From Candidatus Saccharimonas aalborgensis (GTDB taxonomy: Bacteria; Patescibacteriota; Saccharimonadia; Saccharimonadales; Saccharimonadaceae), in the NCBI RefSeq assembly GCF_000392435.1, contig NC_021219.1, positions 750,001 to 782,000 of the forward strand: DNA of 32,000 bases, given 5' to 3'. Position 1 is the stretch's first letter; each line of letters starts with the position of its first letter. Under the pieces are notes generated by a model that saw only the letters and a program-made list of their open reading frames with translations, searched no databases and had not been told where the DNA came from. The position numbers were made by a program, and so were the translations under genes. This document shows positions 8,356 to 17,355 of the stretch, one piece after another.

Positions 8356-10986
8356 ATGGTAAATCAACAAAAAGCATTGTCAAAAATCTTCGGTGATCCG
8401 CAAAAGCGGATTTTGAAACGTCTATCAAAGAAGGTTGACGAAATCAACGCACTCGCGCCGAAGTATCAAAAAATGTCCAAAAAGCAACTGAGCGACCAGA
8501 CAGTCATTCTCAAAAAACGCCTCCACAAAAAGGGCGTTACACTGGATACGATTTTGCCCGATGCGTTTGCAGTAGTGCGAGAAATGGCGACGCGTGTTAT
8601 TGGTGAACGCCACTATGATGTGCAGCTGATAGGCTCGATGGTATTGCACGAAGGAAATGTGGCTGAGCTCAAAACGGGTGAGGGTAAGACTCTTATGTCG
8701 ACACTTGCTGCCTATCTCAACGCGCTAGAAGGTAAAGGTGTCCATATTGTCACGGTCAATGATTATCTCGCGCAGCGTGATGCTGGTTGGATGGGTGCGA
8801 TCTATGAGGCACTTGGTATTACAACGGGTGTTATCATCAACGAGGCATCTTTTATATACGATAGTTCCTATAACAACGAATTACACACCGATCCTCGGAT
8901 GCGTAAGTTGCGACCGTGCACGCGCAAAGAATCATATCAGGCGGATATCACATACGGTACCAATAACGAGTTTGGGTTTGACTATTTGCGTGACAACATG
9001 GTGAATGAAGTTGATCTTGTCAGACAGCGTGACCTGAACTTTGCGATCGTTGACGAAGTAGATTCGATTTTGATTGATGAAGCGCGAACACCACTCATTA
9101 TTAGTGCGCCAGCTGCAGAAAATCCTGACGCGTACTATCAATTTGCAAAAGTTGCCGCCAAATTAGTACCAGACGACTATGTGTTGGACGAGAAGCGCAG
9201 GAGCGTTGCTCTGACAGACGTGGGCGTTGAAAAAGTACAAAAAATGCTTGGCATAAAAAATCTCTATACGCCCGACTACGTGCGCAGTGTGTACCATATG
9301 GATCAAGCACTCCGTGCTCAGACGCTCTTTCATCGCGATAAAGACTACGTGGTGACAACCGCAGGTGAAGTTATCATCGTAGACGAGCACACAGGACGAC
9401 TCAAACAAGGCAACCGCTACAACGAAGGCCTCCATCAGGCGATTGAGGCAAAGGAAGGTGTGCCGGTGCTGCAAGAGAGCATGACGCTTGCTACCATCTC
9501 ATTCCAGAATTACTTTCGCCTATACAAAAAGCTCTCTGGCATGACCGGTACTGCATTTACTGAGGCTGAGGAGTTCCAGCAAATCTATAGTCTCGATGTC
9601 GTGGTGGTACCACCAAACAAGCCGATTACTCGCAAGGATCATCAAGATTTGATCTACAAGACCGAGAAAGCCAAGCTAAAAGCAGTCGCTGAAGCCATAA
9701 AGGGGTACCACAAAAAAGGTCGTCCTGTGCTGGTGGGCTCGGGTTCAATTGCAAAAAATGAGCTGATCGCTGAATGGCTTGATAAAGAGGGAATCAAGTA
9801 CGAGATTCTTAACGCCAAAAATAATGAACGAGAAGCAGCTATCATTGAGCAAGCTGGTCAGAAAGGTGCTATCACGCTTGCGACAAACATCGCTGGTCGT
9901 GGTACTGACATCAAACTCGGTAAAGGCGTTCGAGAACTTGGAGGTCTCGTCGTTATTGGTAGCGAGCGCCACGAATCTCGTCGTATTGATAACCAGTTGC
10001 GCGGTCGTGGTGGCCGCCAGGGTGACCCTGGAGATACGCAGTTTTATGTCTCGACCGAAGACGACTTGATGCGAATCTTTCAGGGAGAGCGCATTGCTGC
10101 GTTGATGGATAGACTTGGTGTCGACGAAGATATGGCAATCCAAAACCGAGCCGTTAGCAAGACGCTCGAAGCTGCACAAAAACGAGTCGAAGGCTATAAC
10201 TTCGATACGCGAAAAAATGTTGTGCAGTACGACAATGTCATCAACCGGCATCGTCGGGTTGTCTATACGATGCGGCGAAAGATTCTTGACGGGGGCAATA
10301 TCCAGCCTGAAATTCAACGTTTGTTGAACGAAAAGGTTGCTGAACTGACTGCTGTTCCTGCAAAAAATAACAGTAAGTTTGTCGATGAATTTGAGACAGT
10401 TATTCCACTGGAACGCTCCCTGATCAAAAAAATTGGCGACGAGAAAAAAGATAAACTTCGTCGCGAGCGCGCACTTGAAGCAGCACAAAAACTCTATCAT
10501 ACGAAGGAAAAGGAGTTGGGCGAGGAGCTGTTGCGCGGTGTTGAGCGTGAAGTGTATTTGCAGGTTCTTGACACCCTATGGATGCAGCATCTAGAGAATA
10601 TGCAGCATTTGCGCGAGGGTATTCACTGGCGTAGCGTGGGTCAGCGCGATCCCTTGGTGGAGTATCGAAGTGAGTCTCAAAAATTGTTTGATAGTTTGCA
10701 GGCAACACTCCGTGAGGAGGTGCTGCGGGCACTGTATCATGTCCGCAAAACCGATGCGATTACACGCGAGGCCACGGACGATGAGCACGATACAGAGCTA
10801 ACAAAGCTCGCCGAAACAGCGGTCGAGCACGGTGTCAATGAAATTACCGGTGGGGAAGAAAACCGAGACCATGATTTTGAGGGCAATATCAAGAAAGCGC
10901 CGCGAAATACAGAGGTAAATCATCAGCGTAACCTTGCACGGAAGAAGAAGAAAATCCAACGACAAAATCGTAAAAAGCATCGTTAA
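8356..10986 (+). CDS. secA: Preprotein translocase subunit SecA
   Basis: MVLHEGNVAELKTGEGKTL, DITYGTNNEFGFDYLRDN, VDEVDSILIDEARTPLIIS, LSGMTGTAFTEAEEF, IAGRGTDIKLG, SERHESRRIDNQLRGRGGRQGDPG. No C-terminal zinc-binding motif. Confidence 0.97.
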   Translation: MVNQQKALSKIFGDPQKRILKRLSKKVDEINALAPKYQKMSKKQLSDQTVILKKRLHKKGVTLDTILPDAFAVVREMATRVIGERHYDVQLIGSMVLHEGNVAELKTGEGKTLMSTLAAYLNALEGKGVHIVTVNDYLAQRDAGWMGAIYEALGITTGVIINEASFIYDSSYNNELHTDPRMRKLRPCTRKESYQADITYGTNNEFGFDYLRDNMVNEVDLVRQRDLNFAIVDEVDSILIDEARTPLIISAPAAENPDAYYQFAKVAAKLVPDDYVLDEKRRSVALTDVGVEKVQKMLGIKNLYTPDYVRSVYHMDQALRAQTLFHRDKDYVVTTAGEVIIVDEHTGRLKQGNRYNEGLHQAIEAKEGVPVLQESMTLATISFQNYFRLYKKLSGMTGTAFTEAEEFQQIYSLDVVVVPPNKPITRKDHQDLIYKTEKAKLKAVAEAIKGYHKKGRPVLVGSGSIAKNELIAEWLDKEGIKYEILNAKNNEREAAIIEQAGQKGAITLATNIAGRGTDIKLGKGVRELGGLVVIGSERHESRRIDNQLRGRGGRQGDPGDTQFYVSTEDDLMRIFQGERIAALMDRLGVDEDMAIQNRAVSKTLEAAQKRVEGYNFDTRKNVVQYDNVINRHRRVVYTMRRKILDGGNIQPEIQRLLNEKVAELTAVPAKNNSKFVDEFETVIPLERSLIKKIGDEKKDKLRRERALEAAQKLYHTKEKELGEELLRGVEREVYLQVLDTLWMQHLENMQHLREGIHWRSVGQRDPLVEYRSESQKLFDSLQATLREEVLRALYHVRKTDAITREATDDEHDTELTKLAETAVEHGVNEITGGEENRDHDFEGNIKKAPRNTEVNHQRNLARKKKKIQRQNRKKHR

Positions 10987-10989
10987 GCT

Positions 10990-12282
10990 ATGAAACATAC
11001 CACCACAGAGATACGTCTAAAAAATGGGGCACGAGGGTTGCTTATTGATGTCCCCGGAGCAACGGTGATGAGTTTTCAGTTTCAGTTTCGAGCCGGTAAT
11101 CGCTATGTAAAAAATAAAGACATCTACGAGACGGCGCACATCATGGAACACATGGCGTTTGGGGCAAATGCTGCATTTAAGAGTGAGCATGCCTATGAGG
11201 CAGAGTTTACAAAAAACGGTGCCTACCACAACGCCTTCACTAGCGACCTCTCTATGGTATATGTTGCGACATGTGCTGATTTCGAATGGGATCGGATCCT
11301 CAATTTGCAGCAAGTCGCGATTTGCCAGCCGAAGTTTAATGCGAGTGAACTCGAAGCCGAAAAAGGGAACGTGAAAAGTGAGCTAACGGGATATCTCAAT
11401 AACCATGAGCGAGTATTGTGGCCAAAGATACAGCAGTTGCTTGGCGAGAGCGTTTATACCTACTGGCAGCGATTGCAGACCATTTCAAATGTAACGCTGA
11501 GAGACATTAGAGAGCATCATCGGCGCACGCACACCACCGACAACATGCGTTTTGTGATAGCCGGTAAACTCTATGGACGAAAAGCGCAGATTCAACGGAT
11601 GCTCGAAGAGTGGGAGTTACCGCGTGGCGAACGTTTCGAAGTGCCGCGTGATGAATTGACAAGTGGCAACCCGACGCTTATTCGACGAAAAGAAGCCTCA
11701 AATCTGACATTTGGATGGTCCCTGACCTTGCCACGTGCACTCACCGACGAAGAGGCGGAAGCGATGAGTTGTCTCGACCAGATACTGACGGGCACCATGC
11801 ACTCGCGCATTTACGGTGCAGCTCGTAAAAAGGGATTGGCGTACGGTATGTTTAGTGACACGTCAGTAGGACTTCACGATAGCAGCTGGGACTTTGGCGG
11901 ACAAGTAAACTTGGAAACTTCCCACGGGCTTGTCGATATTATAGTGCGCGAGGTAAAAGCAGTCATGGATGGACGCATTACTGACGAGGAATTAGCTGCT
12001 GCTAAATCCTATGCACTCGGTCGACATCAGATGGGAGCTCAGACAGTATCGCAAATCAGTAACTTCTACTCAAATCGTTATTTCGGTGACGAAGTAGTGA
12101 AGGACTATGAAAAAGTCCCCGACGCTATAAGAAATATCACGCTTGATCGCATGCTAGCAACAGCTCGCGAGTTTATTGCTCATAATACCTGGGTTTTGGC
12201 GGGGGTAAGTAGTGGTGAAAAAGAAGAAATTGTTTCACTCAATGCTAAACTAGAAACAGTATTTTCGCGCACACCACACTAA
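10990..12282 (+). CDS. M16-family (processing-protease/insulinase-like) metallopeptidase, copy 1
   Basis: HxxEH zinc motif (TAHIMEHMAF), downstream glutamates in ELEAEKGNVKSEL, and the C-terminal GTMHSRIYGAARKKGLAYGMFS element typical of M16. Confidence 0.83.
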   Translation: MKHTTTEIRLKNGARGLLIDVPGATVMSFQFQFRAGNRYVKNKDIYETAHIMEHMAFGANAAFKSEHAYEAEFTKNGAYHNAFTSDLSMVYVATCADFEWDRILNLQQVAICQPKFNASELEAEKGNVKSELTGYLNNHERVLWPKIQQLLGESVYTYWQRLQTISNVTLRDIREHHRRTHTTDNMRFVIAGKLYGRKAQIQRMLEEWELPRGERFEVPRDELTSGNPTLIRRKEASNLTFGWSLTLPRALTDEEAEAMSCLDQILTGTMHSRIYGAARKKGLAYGMFSDTSVGLHDSSWDFGGQVNLETSHGLVDIIVREVKAVMDGRITDEELAAAKSYALGRHQMGAQTVSQISNFYSNRYFGDEVVKDYEKVPDAIRNITLDRMLATAREFIAHNTWVLAGVSSGEKEEIVSLNAKLETVFSRTPH

Positions 12283-12293
12283 AAGGGAGAGCT

Positions 12294-13586
12294 ATGGCAC
12301 TTAAGCACAAGATTGAAGAAGTGGTACTAAAGAATGGTGCAAGGGGCCTGTTTGTTCACGTGCCTGGGGCGAGTGTCTTTTGCTATGAGTTGTGTTTTCG
12401 GGCTGGTAATGAGTATGTGGCCGGTCCAGATGTTCAGCAGACAGCGCATTTGCTTGAACATATGCTTGCAAAGACGTGTAAGGGGCTTGAGACTGCCGAG
12501 GCATTTAGCCGCGAGTTTACAAAAAACGGTGCCTATAGCAATGCGACTACCTGGCAGACCAACATGGTATATGAGGGAAACTGTGCGGATATGGAGTGGG
12601 ATCGCGTACTTGGACTGCAACTGTGCTCAATATCTGAGCCAATACTCACCGAAGAATCACTCCAGGTCGAAAAGGGTAATGTTCGTGAAGAACTCAGCGG
12701 TCAGCTAAGTAACCATCCTCGGACGCTTTGGCAGTATATAAATCGCTCGCTCGGCGATAGTATCGCTTTGGACGAAGAGAAAATTGCCTCGATCGACGCC
12801 GTCACGCTTGGTAGTCTGGATGAACATTGGCGGCGAACCCATACACAATCAAATTTTCATTTCTGTATCGTCGGAGATATGTCCGGTAAGCGAGCAAAAC
12901 TAAAGTCCATGTTTGAAAGCTGGCAATTACCAAAGGGGAACGGATGGCTTGCTCCGGAACAACACGTGTACCATAGGGGTGAGACGGTCTCAATTACCCG
13001 TAACGACGAGCACTCAATTGAGTTTATTTTTGCTATGACGATACCGCGACGCCTCGATCAAACCGAGCGCTGGGCAATGAGCATGCTCACACATATTCTG
13101 ACCGGTACGTTTCACTCTCGTATCTACGGCGTTGCCCGCGATAAGGGTTATTGCTATGACGTCTCCTCGGGGGCGGGAGATAAGTTTGACGGTACATCAG
13201 ACTGGAGTTTCCAGGCGCAAGTAACTAAAGAACAGGCACCAAAACTACTAAAGTTGATCGCGCGTGAGCTCCTGCGTGTGCGTGACGGTGATATTAGTGA
13301 AAAAGAATTGGACGAGACCCGGCAATATGCCTACGGTGTCTACCAGAAATCATATCAGTCGATCTATGATCTCATGTGTTACTCAAGCGACTATTTCTTT
13401 GACGACTCCTACACTGCCGTAGACGAGAATATTAAGTTGATTGACGCTATCAATAGGGACACTATCGTTCGCTTGGCTCGCGAGTTTATTGATTCTCTCG
13501 CATGGACATATGGCGAAATAGGTCCCGTGTCACCTGGGGAGACGGAGGTGCGTCGCAGCCTGTTCTCACGGCTCAAGGGGGAGTAA
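12294..13586 (+). CDS. M16-family metallopeptidase, copy 2 (tandem paralogue)
   Basis: HLLEH motif, VEKGNVREEL, GTFHSRIYGVARDKGYCYDVSS. Same length as copy 1 and clearly related to it. Confidence 0.83.
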   Translation: MALKHKIEEVVLKNGARGLFVHVPGASVFCYELCFRAGNEYVAGPDVQQTAHLLEHMLAKTCKGLETAEAFSREFTKNGAYSNATTWQTNMVYEGNCADMEWDRVLGLQLCSISEPILTEESLQVEKGNVREELSGQLSNHPRTLWQYINRSLGDSIALDEEKIASIDAVTLGSLDEHWRRTHTQSNFHFCIVGDMSGKRAKLKSMFESWQLPKGNGWLAPEQHVYHRGETVSITRNDEHSIEFIFAMTIPRRLDQTERWAMSMLTHILTGTFHSRIYGVARDKGYCYDVSSGAGDKFDGTSDWSFQAQVTKEQAPKLLKLIARELLRVRDGDISEKELDETRQYAYGVYQKSYQSIYDLMCYSSDYFFDDSYTAVDENIKLIDAINRDTIVRLAREFIDSLAWTYGEIGPVSPGETEVRRSLFSRLKGE

Positions 13587-13588
13587 TA

Positions 13589-14881
13589 ATGGTGAAAATT
13601 GCGATTGCGGGCTATGGGATCGAGGGTGAGCAAAGTGTCAAATACTGGCTATCGCGAGGTGATGATGTCGTGGTGGTCGACGAACAAGAAACCTTGTCAC
13701 GCGCTGTACCAGACGGTGTTCCTACTAGACTAGGACCGCACGTACTCGATGATTTATCTGAATTCGATCTTGTGGTCCGAACAGCAGGTCTTGCGCCCCA
13801 CAAAATTTCTTCGGCTAAGCGCATTTGGTCCGCAACGAACGAATTTTTCGCGAGATGCCCAGCTCCTATTATCGGGGTAACGGGTACGAAGGGAAAGGGC
13901 ACGACGTGTAGCTTGATAACGGCAATATTGAGAGCCGCCGGACATACGGTACACCTTGTTGGTAACATTGGCCAACCTGCCCTTGAGACATTACCTGATA
14001 TTGCTGAGCAGGACATCGTCGTGTATGAATTAAGCAGTTTTCAACTATGGGACCTCGAAAAGAGTCCGCACATCGCAGTTGTACTGATGATTGAGCCCGA
14101 TCATTTGGACGTTCATGCATCGATGGAAGAGTATGTGCAGGCAAAGGCGACTATTGTGCGATACCAAAATCGAGACGATGTCGTGATTTACTATGCTGAT
14201 AATCACTGGTCTGAGGAAATTGCAGCACAAGCTATTAGCAATAAAATTCGCTATGGTACGGCCGAAGACCAAGGAGTATATGTAAAATCGAGCAATTTTT
14301 TTGTTCAAGATCAATTAGTCTGCCCCGTTGATTGTTTAACCATTGCCGGTAATTTCAACCGAGAAAACGCTTGTGCTGCGATTACAGCTTCACTTACAGT
14401 TGACAGGTCTGTCGCTCCTTTTGTAGCTGAGGGCCTCCGTTCTTTTCATGGATTACCACATAGGCTCAAATATGTCGCCACAAGAGGCGGCGTAGATTAT
14501 TATGACAACAGTATCGCAACGACACCTGGTTCTGCGGTGGCGGCGCTCAATTCATTTGAAGGAAAAAGAATCATCATCTTAGGCGGTTCGGATAAGGGCG
14601 CAGACTATGCGCCAGTCATTGAAGCATGTTTGAATGCAGGGGCGCGTGTGATTGCGATTGGTCAAACCGGAGACAAGATTGCAACATTATGTGAACAAGC
14701 AGGGGTGGCAGTTGTAAGGATTGAGGGCGGTATGCGTGAGGTAGTGGCGGCAGCTAGGTCAGTCGCGGATAGTGGCTCAACAGTTATCTTAAGTCCCGCA
14801 AGTGCCAGCTTTGACCAGTACAAGAGTTATGCGGATCGGGGTGACCAATTTATCGAGGCCGTTTTGCAGTTAGCGCAGTAA
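13589..14881 (+). CDS. murD: UDP-N-acetylmuramoylalanine--D-glutamate ligase (Mur ligase)
   Basis: VKIAIAGYGIEGEQSVKYW, VTGTKGKGTTCSLI P-loop, YELSSFQLWDL, EPDHLDVHAS, GNFNRENACAAI, HRLKYVATRGGVDYYDNSIATTP, GGSDKGADY. Start reassigned from the track's 13502 to ATG 13589, directly after the M16 stop. Confidence 0.92.
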   Translation: MVKIAIAGYGIEGEQSVKYWLSRGDDVVVVDEQETLSRAVPDGVPTRLGPHVLDDLSEFDLVVRTAGLAPHKISSAKRIWSATNEFFARCPAPIIGVTGTKGKGTTCSLITAILRAAGHTVHLVGNIGQPALETLPDIAEQDIVVYELSSFQLWDLEKSPHIAVVLMIEPDHLDVHASMEEYVQAKATIVRYQNRDDVVIYYADNHWSEEIAAQAISNKIRYGTAEDQGVYVKSSNFFVQDQLVCPVDCLTIAGNFNRENACAAITASLTVDRSVAPFVAEGLRSFHGLPHRLKYVATRGGVDYYDNSIATTPGSAVAALNSFEGKRIIILGGSDKGADYAPVIEACLNAGARVIAIGQTGDKIATLCEQAGVAVVRIEGGMREVVAAARSVADSGSTVILSPASASFDQYKSYADRGDQFIEAVLQLAQ

Positions 14882-15503
14882 TTTGTCGAGCGATCGAGGG
14901 AGTAGGTTCAATAATATGTGCGCGCTCCTGGGATAACTTCGTAATCTGCTCGTATATCCAGTGGTAATGGGTGCACCCAAGGACGATGACATCAGCCTTT
15001 TTAGCAAGTGAGTCGGCTATGACAGACGATATGCGGCTCATGTCAACCGAGTTGGCTTCGATCATAGAGGCCCAGTCTGAGCAGTCAGGTTCTAAAACCG
15101 TGATGTCAGCAGCAAAGCTCTTCTTGAGTTCATTGTAGCGCTTACTTTTTAGGGTAGCAGGAGTAGCACAAACCGCTACGACGTTTGTGCGCGTTAGTTC
15201 TGACGCAGTTTTGATCATTGGCTCAATCCCTACGAATAACTGATCGGGGTATTTCTTTCTTAGAAATGAAAGAGCGATAGTCGTGGCAGTATTGCACGCG
15301 ATAACAATGACATCTGATGCTGCTGCGATGAGTGGCTGAATTGCGGTATCGGTAAGGTTAATTACCTGTTCTTCAGTTTTTGTCCCATAGGGCAAGTGAG
15401 CCCTATCATTTATAGCAGTAATGGTTGCGTCGGGGAAATGCTTTTTTAGGTCATTCGCAACTATCTCACCGCCAATGCCGCTATCAAATACACCGATTTT
15501 CAT
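14850..15503 (-). CDS. murI: Glutamate racemase
   Basis: MKIGVFDSGIGG, LPYGTKTEE, VIACNTATT and VLGCTHYHW (two catalytic Cys regions). Confidence 0.92.
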   Translation of the reverse strand: MKIGVFDSGIGGEIVANDLKKHFPDATITAINDRAHLPYGTKTEEQVINLTDTAIQPLIAAASDVIVIACNTATTIALSFLRKKYPDQLFVGIEPMIKTASELTRTNVVAVCATPATLKSKRYNELKKSFAADITVLEPDCSDWASMIEANSVDMSRISSVIADSLAKKADVIVLGCTHYHWIYEQITKLSQERAHIIEPTPSIARQITALTAKRPR

Positions 15504-15509
15504 AATTCC

Positions 15510-15517
15510 ATTATAAT
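15510..15517. promoter_or_regulatory. Palindromic shared -10 (ATTATAAT) for divergent murI and prfB
   Basis: TATAAT reads on both strands, 8 nt before the prfB ATG and 6 nt before the murI ATG. Confidence 0.65.
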
Positions 15518-15525
15518 AGAATCAC

Positions 15526-16611
15526 ATGCAACCACTCAAAAAACGTCTTACTGATACGAGAGATGCTATCATCGAAGCATTCACTCTGCTTCAAATTGAT
15601 GCGAAAAAGGGTCAGCTTCTTTCGTTGGAGCAACAGCTCCATGATGGCTCGATTTGGTCTGATCCAGAGACAGCACAGCGTACGAGTAAACAGGCAAGTG
15701 TATTAAAAAATCAGGTTGATCCATGGGTAAACTTGCTTAGTCAAGCCGATGAATTAGCTGAGCTATGTGAATTAGGGGACGAAACGCTGGAGCCTGAGAT
15801 GCGCCAGCAACTCCAAACATTGGAGGATGAATATAACGCTCGAAGAAAAGAACTGCTGTTCTCTGGTAAGTATGACGAATACACGGCCATTGTGAAGTTG
15901 AGTGCCGGCGCGGGGGGCACGGACGCGCAGGATTGGTGTGAGATGCTCGAGCGTATGTATTTGCGCTGGGCCGAAAAGGCAGATATGAAGATCGAACTGA
16001 TTGAACGTAGCGCTGGTGACGAAGCGGGCATAAAATCAGCAACCTATACAATCTCAGGTTCCTATGCCTATGGAAAATTGCAGTCTGAGCATGGCGTTCA
16101 TCGCCTCGTACGGTTGAGTCCATTTAATGCCGACAATCTTCGCCAAACGAGTTTTGCGCTTGTCGAGATTATGCCAGAGATTGATACGCCCGATGAGGTC
16201 AATGTCGACGACAAAGATCTCAAAATCGATGTCTATCGCGCTGGAGGGCACGGGGGGCAATCGGTCAACACGACGGATAGTGCAGTGAGGATTACCCATC
16301 TTCCTACGGGGATTGTTGTGGCAATCCAAAATGAGCGAAGTCAGCTTCAAAACAAAGAGACAGCACTCAAGATACTGAGAGGGAGGCTAGTTCAGCTGCA
16401 ATTAGAGCAGCACGCTGAGTCTCTAGCGGATCTGCGCGCTGGTGAGTCGGCGAGTTGGGGCACCCAGATTCGAAATTATGTACTCCATCCCTATACATTA
16501 GTCAAGGATACGCGGACGAAATATGAAGAACATGATGCACAGGCGGTGTTGGATGGCAAGCTCGACGGCTTTATTGATGCCTACCTTCAACAACATATGG
16601 CTGCATCATAG
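15526..16611 (+). CDS. prfB: Peptide chain release factor 2
   Basis: SPF anticodon-mimic motif (HRLVRLSPFN), GGQ loop (RAGGHGGQSVNTTDSAVRITHLPTGI). Continuous 361-codon frame with no in-frame UGA frameshift site. Confidence 0.94.
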   Translation: MQPLKKRLTDTRDAIIEAFTLLQIDAKKGQLLSLEQQLHDGSIWSDPETAQRTSKQASVLKNQVDPWVNLLSQADELAELCELGDETLEPEMRQQLQTLEDEYNARRKELLFSGKYDEYTAIVKLSAGAGGTDAQDWCEMLERMYLRWAEKADMKIELIERSAGDEAGIKSATYTISGSYAYGKLQSEHGVHRLVRLSPFNADNLRQTSFALVEIMPEIDTPDEVNVDDKDLKIDVYRAGGHGGQSVNTTDSAVRITHLPTGIVVAIQNERSQLQNKETALKILRGRLVQLQLEQHAESLADLRAGESASWGTQIRNYVLHPYTLVKDTRTKYEEHDAQAVLDGKLDGFIDAYLQQHMAAS

Positions 16612-16655
16612 CCAGTAAACAACAGCGCCCGTCGCTCGTTTTCCAGGAAAAATTG

Positions 16656-16664
16656 TGTTACAAT
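16656..16664 (+). promoter_or_regulatory. Extended -10 (TGT TACAAT) for ftsEX, 7 nt before the ATG
   Basis: TGTTACAAT at 16656-16664, ATG 16672. Confidence 0.55.
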
Positions 16665-16671
16665 AGTGGTA

Positions 16672-17355
16672 ATGATTCTGTTAGATAGGGTAACAAAATC
16701 GTACGGCAAAGATCTCAAACCAGCACTCAATCGCGTTAGCTTGCATATTGAGCCTAATGAGTTTGTGATTCTTGTGGGTACGAGTGGTGCCGGGAAGTCG
16801 ACACTTCTCAAGCTACTGACGAGGGAGGAAAAGCCCACTACTGGCAAGATTGTCGTTGGTGGCATTGATTATGATACGCTCAAGGACAAGCATATCCCGC
16901 TGCTGCGACGCAAAATAGGGGTAGTCTTTCAGGATTTCAAGCTTCTTCCGCAGCGAACGGTGTTTGAAAACATCGCCTTTGCACTCGAGATTGCCGGCAT
17001 GACAAACCGTGAAATACGTAATACTGTGCCGAAAGTCATTGATCTGGTTGGTCTCACTGGCAAAGAAAAAAGCTTTCCCCATGAGCTCTCTGGTGGCGAG
17101 CGGCAGCGTGTAGCGATTGCGCGTGCTGTCGTACGTCAGCCCAAGATTTTGATTGCCGATGAGCCTACCGGTAACCTTGACCCTCGTCACAGCTGGGACA
17201 TCGTACGATTGCTCGAAAAGATTAATAAGTACGGGACGACCGTGTTGCTCACAACGCATAATGTCGAGATTGTCAATAAATTGAAGCGGCGAGTGATTGC
17301 CATCGATCACGGCAAAATTGTCAGTGATCAGGCACAGGGGAGTTATCGTCAATGA
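16672..17355 (+). CDS. ftsE: Cell division ATP-binding protein FtsE
   Basis: MILLDRVTKSYGKDLKPAL, GTSGAGKST, VFQDFKLLPQRTVFENIAF, LSGGERQRVAIARA, LIADEPTGNLDP. Start reassigned from GTG 16666 to ATG 16672. Confidence 0.93.
   Translation: MILLDRVTKSYGKDLKPALNRVSLHIEPNEFVILVGTSGAGKSTLLKLLTREEKPTTGKIVVGGIDYDTLKDKHIPLLRRKIGVVFQDFKLLPQRTVFENIAFALEIAGMTNREIRNTVPKVIDLVGLTGKEKSFPHELSGGERQRVAIARAVVRQPKILIADEPTGNLDPRHSWDIVRLLEKINKYGTTVLLTTHNVEIVNKLKRRVIAIDHGKIVSDQAQGSYRQ

Noticed and set aside
9745-10500. 251-aa minus-strand ORF inside secA
   Set aside because: Fully antisense to clearly coding secA, cysteine/phenylalanine-rich low-plausibility translation, no SD or promoter support. A mirror ORF caused by codon bias.
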